From: Sporopachydermia quercuum
Lineage: Eukaryota
DNA length: 64,000 bases
Assembly: GCA_001599295.1 (NCBI GenBank)
Contig: BCGN01000001.1
Span: 2,108,001-2,172,000 of the forward strand
Reading direction: 5' to 3'
This document shows positions 46,201 to 56,644 of the stretch, in pieces (the first letter of the stretch is position 1; the number at the start of each line of letters is the position of its first letter). Both the position numbers and the translations under genes were made by a program. The notes under the pieces are model-generated. The model was given only the letters and a program-made list of their open reading frames with translations. It ran no database searches and was not told where the DNA came from.

Positions 46201-46604
46201 GTCGAAGTAGCATGAATAATAGGAGTAGCAGGAAGACTGGTGAGAATAATGGTGATGATAACAAGAATAGTATCGATGACAATACTACTACCACTGGTGA
46301 TAGTACTTTCACTGCTAATGTTCCTAACTCTGCTAATATTTCCAATACTGCCAACATCACAACGACCCATCTTGCAAGTATTCCTATCATAAGAACAGCT
46401 AGTTCACTCAATAGCACAAGGCCAGCATCTCCAGGCGTTGGAAACGTGAATGGTGTTGATTTCATGAGCGCAGAAGAAGCTAATCTTCAGAAACTGATCT
46501 CTGGAAATGATTTCTTTGGTAATGGTATAATAGTAGGACAAGAGGAGTATGGTATTGACGATTTTCTTGGTTGGTATGATATGGACATGATAAGGAATTT
46601 CTAG
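43251..46604 (+). CDS. SEF1: Zn(II)2Cys6 transcription factor Sef1
   Basis: SCTNCRQQKIKCNATDTFPKPCATCEKRGKLCEVDPLFKP and AIETCWINTPRSTHIVQALLILSMWPLPNQKVLDDCSYRF...LGLHRGEF...EKWRTRSW. Confidence 0.9.
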   Translation: MNIIDSSEGCNSSSSPPPINSSYNGLPANFPQLSTSTVKQRTVRSCTNCRQQKIKCNATDTFPKPCATCEKRGKLCEVDPLFKPVRTGHSQLLKEDMVKLRKVIDKLITRENVLFSFLEAEISDDGLKSKIWCLFEAEDDMKNDKKSKTRKEVENMNLTPDEIRVILDEREGEKEKEKDRERTTDLKECKHENEGYTRIEILKDKVNKFLSHSKKRSYGDSKSININSNSSVCDRNRNALNTTNGPVITSIANTLTSHNNAKSTSDIADSTTGTTNSSTSTATSTTNSTMNTKTSPHTNNSMSSSLKQQNPQYAQLRNNPSTILNSPNESFPSKNPLYSLQSTIDSRKNTENLSQTQLQPPQQSHSSALLFSSSLAATSFKLGNIVLDWNQAALLHKRFMSEYCPLFPILTSNSASELFAQSPLLFWTVMLTASLSEPDPSLYISLSLLIKQLAIETCWINTPRSTHIVQALLILSMWPLPNQKVLDDCSYRFTGLAKCLALQLGLHRGEFMEEFSRKQATFPEAEKWRTRSWTGVFFSEQFWSSILGLPPSIHIDNLVEAAQFDXTLPGNFRALLQLAGFNSKVFAVMGSNIDSATGLIDAKTRCSSLKVMETQLDQLKHDIDLGGKSVKLYYNYVRLTLCCFAFFPETPVEDQLQFVHVAFDAALNIVRCFIALYGEHEGRKQVIEYPIYVRQSVSFAALVLFRLXASSFYVYNDEARSNAMGALIKVYKIFKAQIVLWSIPDNGTNVGNIGNSAGNDGNSLNTSLILNDITRQTKLWEKVNLAYARHPEIFVDTGGIVIKMASHLTASLFYELIWYYHEARKRDEPSRAIPTPSPCSSECSASHISSPLITGNNNNSSGVNNSRNNNIGARKRRRLIHPKLPGKRMHESYPSPLPMDGIQGYIQPIVXKHMPLDGGLNSLAWDNTAAAHSIMALANSRGGSSNNIAGMLTDDLLVVNSAYAPFMTMGNETSASLDNGYGKSRSSMNNRSSRKTGENNGDDNKNSIDDNTTTTGDSTFTANVPNSANISNTANITTTHLASIPIIRTASSLNSTRPASPGVGNVNGVDFMSAEEANLQKLISGNDFFGNGIIVGQEEYGIDDFLGWYDMDMIRNF

Positions 46605-46679
46605 AGGATAAGGAATGGTTAGATGCAGATAGAGAGGTGATATTATAGACTATTATCCTTGTTATTATTAATATTAATA

Positions 46680-46727
46680 TCATCATCATCACCGTCATCA
46701 TCATATCATCATCGTCATCATCATCAT
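46680..46727. repeat. imperfect (CAT)n microsatellite downstream of SEF1
   Basis: catcatcatcaccgtcatcatcatatcatcatcgtcatcatcatcat. Confidence 0.85.
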
Positions 46728-47628
46728 AATTGTTTAGTTCGTTGCTCTATCTTCTCTATAATTCTGTTTGGTCCTTCCTCTTCCTGCATGGCACTGTTAT
46801 TATCCTGTTCTTATCATTAATACAATGATAGCCTGAGATGAAGGGAAGCTCTCTTCTAAAATAACAAATGTTTTGATGTAGATATTTATGTATGCATGTA
46901 CGAATGTATGTATGTTTATATATATAATGAGGCCTGTTGATAAAGTTTAAGAACTTTTACTTCATTGTTCTCAGCTATCAGCTATTAATTACTAAGATTG
47001 TAACAAGTGCTCATATCTTATCTTCACTTGTTGCATCTTCTTGTAGGATTTACACCAGAGATATATTTGTCGTTATCAGATCCTGACAAGTCATTGATTG
47101 CGTATTGGGAACGAACGCCATTTAGTATATACTAGTTGATCAACTTAAACGTCTCACATGAACATTATCTCCTGTTCGTGCCTCTTTTTTGGTAAGTAGT
47201 ATTGAATTGCGGGTGCTAGTGAAGAAAGAAGCGGAGTAGTTAATTTGTTGAAGATGCTATCTATACCACAATATCTGAAGTTGAAATCAGAGTCTGAGTT
47301 GTATTGAACAGCTCAAAACTTACCATTATTGCGTTACTCTTGTACCTTTGTTTAATCTCTATTCCTCTGTATCTTTATCCTCCCCAGTCTGTTCATTTTA
47401 TGTCTTGAAGATGATTAAAACAACAGTGGCTCAACACATCTTAAAGATGTGATACAATTGCTATCTTTTATGCGTAGTCTTTATCAACCGGAGCCTGTTG
47501 AATTGCCAGTATTAGTACTATTGCCAAAACCAATGTATTATACAATTTATTAGCATTATAGTGTTATTGTATTATAATCGCCACACTATCAACCTAGCCA
47601 AAAATCCACTTTTTCACAAAATTTTCCT

Positions 47629-49032
47629 TCAATTAATCCTGACTGAACCTGATCGAGTTCTCTTGCCCCCATTCAATGCATAAAACTGTTCTAAAGTTTC
47701 TGTAGGTGTTTTATCCGAAACTGACGACATAGCAGATAGCACATGAGGTAGACTTGTCTCATTCACTTTATCAGACCATATTATATCCAAATGTTCGTAA
47801 CCATTGATACCAATAGCAATAGTATCTTGTGGCAATTTATTGAGCATGGCATCGATATCTACCAATGAATCTGCTTTCCCATATATCAGTAGAATAGGTG
47901 AGATAATGTTTTCTGTAGGGAACGGGGCTACTCTATAATGTCTAGAGTCAAGAGAGCCTATTCCAGCGTTTAAAGAATCATCAAATAACTGGAAGTTTTG
48001 ATTTCTCATTATTTGGAACCAATGGACAACTGATTTCACCGAAGTGTAAGAATATAAATGCTCATAGGACACCATTTTCTGATAGAAAGAGATATTGTCC
48101 CCGTGCCAGTTGAATAAGAAAATCAACATCCAATCGATCACCTTCACAAACAATGGGGGATACATAATACTTTGCCAGAACACCGTTGAGTCCAGAATTG
48201 CCTTTCTGCCAAAGAAAAGGTACAACAAAGAAGGGGAAGCTTTCATCAGAGAGTCAACTATTTTGTTTCGAAGTCCTGGTGGTGCCATAGCAGGTGCCAA
48301 AGCAATGAACAACTTCACTTTGGCTGCTAATGCTGGATTTATAGACAATGCGGCAAATGATTGAGCAGATCCTTGCGAGAAGCCAATACACGTGATGTCT
48401 TTTTGCTTGGTGAGACCAAGGATATAATCAATAGAATCAGGAATATCGTATAAAGCAAAATCATCAATGGAAAAGTTCCAGAAAGCCTGTTCACTTGGGG
48501 TTTTGTTGATATGTTTCCGTGAATACTTATTTCCTCGATTATTTCCAAGCCAAACATCATAGCCAAGCTCAGTGAGAGCAAATGGCAAGTTGTTCTTTTC
48601 TTCCAATTGGCATACCCAGATTTCGCTGTTCATGAGTAGACCATGATGGAGGTATACTACAGGCTTACCGGTAGCCCCAGCGGATGCTCTTTTCCTCCAA
48701 TGGGAGTTTTTCCCACCGCCAATTCTATGCAGACACAGTAGATAACCATCTTTTGTCTGCACTACATGTTCTTCTGCTTCATATCCAAAAGTAGAGCACA
48801 TTTCAACGAAGCCTGATGCGTCAATGAGCTTATCGACTTTTTCCCTTAATTCAGGGGAAACATTGGTGTCAATATTGTCGTCGGTGAAGATTGTAAAAAG
48901 TCTTCTCGTGAGTCTTGTAAAAAAGTTGATGACTATATCGGGAAGAAGAGATGTTATTTGGGTGATGAACCATTCCACCAATAGAAGGAAAGAAGAAAGT
49001 AGAAGAGATAGGTAGAATATCAGTGCGTTCAT
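47629..49032 (-). CDS. TGL1: steryl ester hydrolase / acid-lipase-family alpha/beta hydrolase; first in-frame ATG at 49032
   Basis: PVVYLHHGLLMNSEIWV, GYDVWLGNNRGNKYS, CIGFSQGSAQ (GxSxG), TSVKSVVHWFQI and YEHLD, with an N-terminal TM segment. Confidence 0.9.
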   Translation of the reverse strand: MNALIFYLSLLLSSFLLLVEWFITQITSLLPDIVINFFTRLTRRLFTIFTDDNIDTNVSPELREKVDKLIDASGFVEMCSTFGYEAEEHVVQTKDGYLLCLHRIGGGKNSHWRKRASAGATGKPVVYLHHGLLMNSEIWVCQLEEKNNLPFALTELGYDVWLGNNRGNKYSRKHINKTPSEQAFWNFSIDDFALYDIPDSIDYILGLTKQKDITCIGFSQGSAQSFAALSINPALAAKVKLFIALAPAMAPPGLRNKIVDSLMKASPSLLYLFFGRKAILDSTVFWQSIMYPPLFVKVIDWMLIFLFNWHGDNISFYQKMVSYEHLYSYTSVKSVVHWFQIMRNQNFQLFDDSLNAGIGSLDSRHYRVAPFPTENIISPILLIYGKADSLVDIDAMLNKLPQDTIAIGINGYEHLDIIWSDKVNETSLPHVLSAMSSVSDKTPTETLEQFYALNGGKRTRSGSVRIN

Positions 49033-49303
49033 TCTGCTTATAGTAAAACCATACGCAACGCGAAGAATGTGCTTACTATGTAAAATATGGTAATCTGTAA
49101 TGTCTACCAATCTACTTTGCTGGGCATCTAATAATCAATATTCAACGGTAGAATTGTTAATCTTATATAAGAGGAGTCTTGATGGTTCCCAATGATCAAT
49201 GATAGAAGAAAAAGGAGCAAACAGGAAGGTTTTGCGATATGAAAATGGAAGGCTCATGGAACTCTTCTGTAAATGGAAGCGGCCTAACTAAACTTTAATA
49301 TAT

Positions 49304-49311
49304 GTCACGTG
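49304..49311. promoter_or_regulatory. GTCACGTG E-box upstream of TGL1
   Basis: Exact motif 272 bp from the ATG at 49032. Confidence 0.45.
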
Positions 49312-51295
49312 GTTAGAATATATTATTTGCATGTGATAATAGAAATGAATGATTATGTGATCTTATATTAGAGATATAAAGAGTGTAATTATTGAATACG
49401 TAATCTCACAAATATCAGTTCTTAGATCGGATTTACAAGGCTTAGCAAAGTTAAACTCAGGGTGGAGATGAACGGCCAGGGCGAAAGTCAATTTTCAATA
49501 CGAGTATGAAATACTAAAGTTTGAAATAAAAGGAAGAACAAGAAATCGGCAAAAACAATCAACATCATCCTTTCTTCATTCACATTGTAGTATAAAACTA
49601 TTTCTAGAACATGGAGCTGCATGGACTCTAATTTCAAAGATGAGGCTAATGCGAGCGCTAGAAAATTAAAATTAATTAGCAAAAATTATTCAGTCATAAT
49701 TCTTTGACGTCAGAGCTTAATCTTCTTTGCGAAAGGCTGCCAAAGGTCTCAAGACTCATTTATGTCTTACATTCTTAGATCTATTCATCTTCAACTCTCT
49801 GATCGACTGGTTGGTGCACACATTTATTAGTACAATCAAGTGAAGTAAGTTGTCAGATCGTTGGAATCTTTCTTGAGATAGCCCCTTAACCTACCAGTAT
49901 GCAAATGAAATCACATTTATCAATAACGCGACAAGCAGTAGTACATCAAATTCCTTGCGGACGTCTATTCTATCAAGTCAAGTGACTTTCCAATACGTCT
50001 ATAATCACCAGCTAAAAGCACTCCAAATCAATATGACAAAATAAAACAAATAGGACGCCAAGACATTAATTTGACTTTTTTTATCTTATTGACGTTTCTC
50101 TGACATATAATTATTTATATTGTGTTGAATTTTCGAAATAATAATAAAATAATATCCACAGTAATATAATAATAAATCCGATCAATATTAATCAAAATAT
50201 CATACCTGAAATTTCATCAAAAGAAACGGATTACGTAATCGATTTGAACATGAAACTACATGTCAAAACAAATCGATTGATCTGAGAAATATATACTAAT
50301 ACATACCGGTTCAATGAAACTAGAAGACCTGTTAAGAATACAGAGAGAAATTGAGATATTAGTTATTTTTTGAATTAAGCTGGAATAACTTGAAAATAGC
50401 GTTGGAATCTGCTGCTAAGGAGCAAAATTTCCATGTCGCAATCCAGTTCCGAGGAGATTAAGTTTGACGTAAGCTCAAATAAAGCTATAGTGAACCCCCA
50501 ATTGGGCAAATCTTAGTGCAAATAATTATATTAAAGTTTTAGTTTGGGCACCTTTCCAATCTTCCATATTAATCCAATATTTGTCATCCCTGTTCTGACA
50601 AACGGCCTTTCTACCCTTAATGTCAGATCAACGGTTTCTACTCTTCCTAATAATATTTTATCAAGTTTTATTTTCAATAAAGAAAAATACTTTTTTACCT
50701 GTCCTTTATCCAATTTTTTACCTATAGAGCTCTTATTTACGACATATATTCACTCTTTCCATCTTTGCCTCCACTTTATTCAGATGCAATGCCTGGACCT
50801 TTACTGTATGTCTCATATTCTTGTCCTATACCTCTCGCTCCTGTATCTTCTTCATCACACATCTTTAGTGTTTTCCAGTCTCTCCTGTTACCCCCTTGTC
50901 ATGACATTTTCACTTATTCTGCATTTCCTTTGTAACTCTTAACTCTTCATTTCACCTCCTTCGTTGCTTAATACAATAATAGAATCACCAGACCAATTGA
51001 TAGAGAGATGAAACAAGAATAAACAAGAGGAAACGGCGGCTGACTTCATCGGAATAAGAGTAAGAAATCCGAGAATTGTACCCAAGATTTCTGACAGAAC
51101 TGTCATTGTGTGACAAGGTTTGCATCTGCTCTGATTTGGATTTGCAGTGATCTGTGGAGATAAACAAAAGAACATCACAAACTGTGGAATCGGAACAAAG
51201 GGAAGGAGAAATCTCAATTTGTGTCACATTTAGGTTCGCTAGAGCATTGGAAACTATAAATTTCTGCATCAGTAGCTGCGCCACTATCAGAAACC

Positions 51296-54200
51296 ATGTC
51301 TGACATGTCCCGGCCGTTCAAATGCACCCATGAAGGGTGCAATAAGACATTCACAAGACGGGATTATTTAGAACGTCATGCTGTAAATCGTATGTCAAAA
51401 TTTGATCCGAAGTGTGGGATATCCCACACTTCGGAATAATAATTCTTATTTTTGGGTAATTTTTAGTACATTTGAACTAACATTGTAACATTTAGATCTT
51501 AGTGTATTACCATTTCCATGTAAAGGATGTCCTTTGTCCTTTGCGCGGGAAGATTTATTAGAGAAGTAAGTAAACTATTTGTGGGGTAGCGTCGGAGTAT
51601 AAGGATAGCGGGGTGAAATTTTGCTACTACAAGCGGATTAGGCTTTGCGGTTCATATTGTAAGACATTTGAACTGAAAATACCCCGCATATCACATTGCT
51701 TCTGGTCATTTCGGAACGCAAAGCTAACAAATACCCGGCAGACACTTGAAATCCAACTCACATGAAAGGCGGAGACTCCGGGAGCAGAAAAAACGTCAAG
51801 ATGCGGAACGGGAGCGGCAAAAACAGCTTAAACGGCAACACAAACTAGAAGAACAGGCCATGAAAAAACACAAAAAAAACAAAGACGGACTAGGTCAGCG
51901 CGAGATAAATGATGTGGAAAAGCGGGGTTCGGGACTCGGATTAGGCGGAGTACAAACAAACTTCAATCACAATAATGCCCCACCAGTGCAAGTGCAGGGA
52001 TCTGTGCCCCAGGTATCTGCGCCACAGTATCATATTCAGCCACAGATGTCACAGATGCCCCAAATGTCTCAGATGGCGGGAGTTTATCCTATTCCGGCAA
52101 ATGTACAAAGCACAAATCAAAGTCAAAATCAAAATCAGAATCAAAACTCAAACCCAACGGCAACTTTGCCTAATCCGTCATTATTACTCCCTAATCCGGC
52201 TTATCAACCACAAACACAAGTTCCATTTGACCCCAATCTGAATTCCGACCATACAAATACTTCAAACAATCCGCATCAGCTGCCGACTCCCCATTTTAAC
52301 CCCCTGATCAATAAATCCCGCATCCCACCTACGTCGTCCTTATTTCCTGGCATTAGTAGCACATTACCCCTCCGTCCCTCATTCCGAGCTCCTGGAACAC
52401 AGTTACAAACCTTAAATCAGCAACCGATACCAGCCAATGCTCCACATTCAGCCCCGCACACTGCCCCGCATTCTATTCCTAATGCATACAATCCATCAAC
52501 TACTAAGTCTCCTTCGGGAAGGTCCCCTTTAAATGATCATCCCGGCCATAGATTCAATAGACCCGATTCAGGCCCTTCAACACAAACATCCGCGGTCACC
52601 CCCCATGCCCCAAGCCAGCACCCTGTAATCTCGGATCAAATCCCTGCCTTAGACACTGGGCCAATCGATTCCGTCACTTTGCAAGCGTTAGTGGCTTATG
52701 ATCAATCCACATTAGGCAAAGTAACTGGCTCTACTTCTCAATCTGGTAACGATGACTCTCAATCTGGTGACTCCCCAAACGGAAATACTAATGGCTCTAC
52801 TTCCCAATCAGGCAACTCTGGCTCCGGCTCGGGTTTAGATCAATTCTATACATCTATTCCCAATCCGTACTCTAAATTAACCGAACAGGAGTCGATGCGG
52901 GTCTATACCGGTTCGGATTTGAACAATTCCATGTCGGCATTTCCTAAGACCGCAACTGCAGATAATTATAATTATCTGTTTGGAACACAAATATTTGATG
53001 GAACCGGAAATGCCGAGGAAATGTTTGACGGACCTTTCACAGCAGGCCTCGGAACAGGTGACTCGGATTTGCTGATTTCGGAACAAGTAGCAGCAGCAAT
53101 AGGAGGAGTTCGAAACACAATACCCCAAACGGGAATCTCAACACTATCTCCGGAATTGATAGTCCCCGTTTCATCGGGATTGATCCCCACATTAGACAGT
53201 TTTAATGCCTTTAATGCAAACTCTATTCGCACCAGTTCAGTAGTCTTTGGAGACCGGGGTGACTACTTCTCATTAAAACCTCCTGGCACGGCCCGAAATT
53301 CGGCTGTTTTACCTCCGTTGGGTTGGCCCGGGAGTACAGGAATGCTATCCGGGACGGAGTCGCCTGCCATTTTCGGAACTTTAGCAGGGTTCTCCGGTGC
53401 CGGACCCAGTAGTGTCTCAAACCGTGTATTAGGGCCAGGATCCGGCTCCAATTTAGTACTAGGATCCGGGTCAAGTGTCGGTGCAGATATGAAACCGGAA
53501 GAACGGTTTCAGAAGTACCGGGAGCGGCTAATTATGGTGCACAAACATTCTGCCGATGTCCCCCTGGTTTCTCCCGATATCTCGACTATTTCGGGTGTTC
53601 CGAACCTAAATGCCAATTCAAATGTGAATACAAACGCTGGCAGTGGGCCTGCGTTAGCTTCCGGTCCGATAGCGGCTTCTACTTCTGGTTCTGGGTCCGG
53701 TTCTGGTTCTGTCGGTTCTGCAGCTCTTGGACCACAAATTCCACCCGTTCCTGCTGTTCTTAATACAACAGGAGCGTCCAGCGGAAGTGTGGCTCAGCAA
53801 GGAACAACCCAAACCCCAAATTTAAATCCAACGGGAACCTCGGTCAATTCTATAGGGGGTTTCTCTTCAAATCTCCGTAGAAACCCTTCTTTTGGCCCTG
53901 GTATCAGCGCCGGATTCGGCATAGGAGCCGGATTCGGATCACTGTCTCAGTCCCAGTCCCAAATAGGCACTGGATTTTCCAGTTCGGTTTTTTTCAACCC
54001 GTTTTCTTCCGGTCATATATCCACAGTGTCCCAAATAAGCGGGAATGTGACCGGAATAAGCAGTTTCATCACGGGAAACTCAATAGGCTCCCAAACCGGC
54101 ATCTCCAGCACCAGCAGCTCTAATGGGGCCACCACTAATTCCCTAGCCGACACTGTTTTCTCGTCCCACAGATGGAAAAACCAATTCCCCACCCTTCGAA

Positions 54201-56644
54201 CCACTGATCGCAAAGCCTTATTCGAGAAGACCCAAACGGACCATTTTCTAATCAATAAAACTACCCGGAAAAACATTCTCGAAGTGCTGAAAAACATTCC
54301 CAATGTGGATACTAACAGTCCCCTTTTGTCCACCGAAGCCATCTCTTCCTACATTCTTCGGTATTGGGTCATTACGGATCAGGTATTCTCTTTGCTACAT
54401 ATGCCAACGTTTCTTCCGAATAAATCGCCCTCGGTATTAGTCATAGCAATCATGACATTGGGCATGACATCTATGTATCACGTGAATCCGCAAATATACG
54501 AGTTAGCGGTTAATATTCATCGGAAGTTCAGAAATATCTTACTGCTCATGATAGACGACCAGCCGAAAGTCCCTCTTTGGGTGCATCAATCGCTTATTTT
54601 AACGGCGCAATTTGTTTCCTATTACGGCAATCCTATCCAGTTTGAGATGTCCCAGTTAATTCATACTTCGGCGATCTCGATTTTGCGGCTTTCGGGATAT
54701 TTGACGGATTTAACCGAGCCGAATCCTCCGCAGGAAAGCTTAACCTTGATTGATGGGAAATGGCAGCCTGACGAAAATAAAGTTCCCGACAATGACCGGT
54801 TTTGGCACGACTGGGCATTGTACGAAAGCCGAAAGAGAGTGGTGTTTGTAGCGTTTGTGAATGACACACATCGGTCTTTTTTATTGGGACTGGACACTCT
54901 TTTGTCCGCTTTTGAAGTAGACATTCCACTTCCGTGTCCCGATGCTGTGTTTGATGCGGAAACTCGGACCGAGTTCTGGCGGCTGTATTGCAGAATGGTT
55001 CAATCGCCTCCGCCCACAGTTCTGGACGCCACGCGGATCTTGCTTGCGCCACAATTAGACACAAATTTCTTAGCCCATCCCGATAATCTATGCATGCCAA
55101 GCCGAATGGTACTTTTAATGGCGCTAATGAACGTGTACAATAACATTCGTGACAATGGTTGGGTGGACATGGGCATTTCTACGTCACGGAAGATGACAAA
55201 CTTCAGACAAAGAATTCTAACTGGGCTTTTAACGTGGAAGCTTTGCATCGAAGGACATATGTCTTATGCTGGCGATATCATGCGATTGCAACAAATTTTG
55301 TATGACAAAGGAGAGATTGACACTAACAAGGACAAAATGATTGGAATTGTGGTTGAAAAGCCTAAATACAATATAAATACAATGACAAACGTGACACATG
55401 ATGAATACTTGTACAAGCAGTACCAGGAGCATGGTTTACCAACCTTATTAAACTGCATGACTAACGAAGCTTACTTGCATATGGCGTTTTTCAGTTTCCA
55501 GTACTTTAAGCTCACTTTGTACGTCGATTTGTCCATTACGCGAGCATTTGCAACCTTATTTGTCCAGAAAAGAGCACAGAATATGACGAATGGCTCGGAT
55601 TCTTCCACGGGAAGCGCAAATCCTAAGTCCAACCTTAACTCTAACTCTGCCACCATGTCAAACGGACCCCACAATACAAACAGCCACAGAAAAGGCATAG
55701 AAGGTGTTCTTTTGTGGTCCCGAAGCTCGGATGCCATTTTAGCCGTCTGGAACGCCGCGGAAATGCTAGACGGCCTATTGGACCATCCCGATGCTTTCTA
55801 TAAATCTTTTTTCACTCCTTGGGCCATTTGTATGGCAGGATTAGTTCTATGGACCTACGAACAGGCTGTGGCTATGAATGAGGCTGCGGCAGAAGCTGCA
55901 ACCGCTGCTACGGCTGCAAACGGCAGTTCTGGCGGCTCGGCTTCGGAGCCGACTTTGGAATCGGAAACCAAAGGTGCCGGGAAAAAGCCAGAAAGAGTAA
56001 AAGAGTCGAAACTTAAAGAAACGGGTACAGATAAAGTATCTGCGGAGTCTATCTCGTCGGCCGAAACCGAGAAAGCGGGGAATTCTGATACTTCGGGTCC
56101 TGCCGGGTTAAATCTTTCTGGGATATTTAACACAGAGCTGTTGGAAAGTAAGGTTTTCTTCTCCTCAAAACGATACGTAAAAGGGGAACCGGATAGTAAC
56201 AAACTGACCCGGTTTTGGGACGCCGAGGAAGTTGCAAAAGACGCGAAAGAGTATACACAGTTGGTACGGAAGAGTCTTTCCTTAGGATTTGCGTGTACGG
56301 TAGACGAAATCGGACTAAGNACCCTTGCGGGATTTCCAGTGACAAATAGCGGGGGACCCTCGGGTTCGGTAAACGTCGGAACCGCCAGCGGAGGTGGAGT
56401 TGGGGCCACTGGAGCATCGTTCCGAAGTATTTCCACATCAAGCTCATCTTTAGGAAGCGGAGCCCAAATTGGAAAGATTGCTCAGGCACAAAAGGAATTT
56501 GAGAAAGTTAAAGAAGAAAGACGGAAGAAAATTATAAGTTTAATGGCTGCAGTATGCGATTTGAGTGTATATTCTAATTTTGGGTTAGTGTATTTCGGCA
56601 AGAGACTTTTGTATGACTTATTTGTGACATCGGTTGATAGATAA
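51296..56644 (+). CDS. transcription factor with two N-terminal C2H2 fingers and a fungal-specific TF domain (Sdd4/Zas1-like architecture); exons 51296-51389, 51496-51565 and 51742-56644, about 1688 aa
   Basis: Splicing gives MSDMSRPFKCTHEGCNKTFTRRDYLERHAVN|HLSVLPFPCKGCPLSFAREDLLE|KHLKSNSH in frame with the long ORF. The Fungal_trans region reads YILRYW...LLHMPTF...WHDWALYESRKRVVFVAF...LPCPDAVFDA. Confidence 0.9.
51390..51495 (+). other. intron 1 of the C2H2 TF gene (106 nt)
   Basis: GTATGT donor, AACTAAC at 51475-51481 and TAG acceptor. Confidence 0.88.
51406..51435. repeat. perfect 30-bp palindrome within intron 1
   Basis: tccgaagtgtgggat followed by atcccacacttcgga, with no spacer and no mismatch. 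Confidence 0.97.
51566..51741 (+). other. intron 2 of the C2H2 TF gene (176 nt)
   Basis: GTAAGT donor, GCTAAC at 51723-51728 and CAG acceptor; removal restores the second zinc finger. Confidence 0.88.

Noticed and set aside
9627..56644. Four transcription-factor genes within 47 kb as a functional cluster
   Set aside because: They belong to unrelated families, are interspersed with housekeeping genes, and share no evident pathway.
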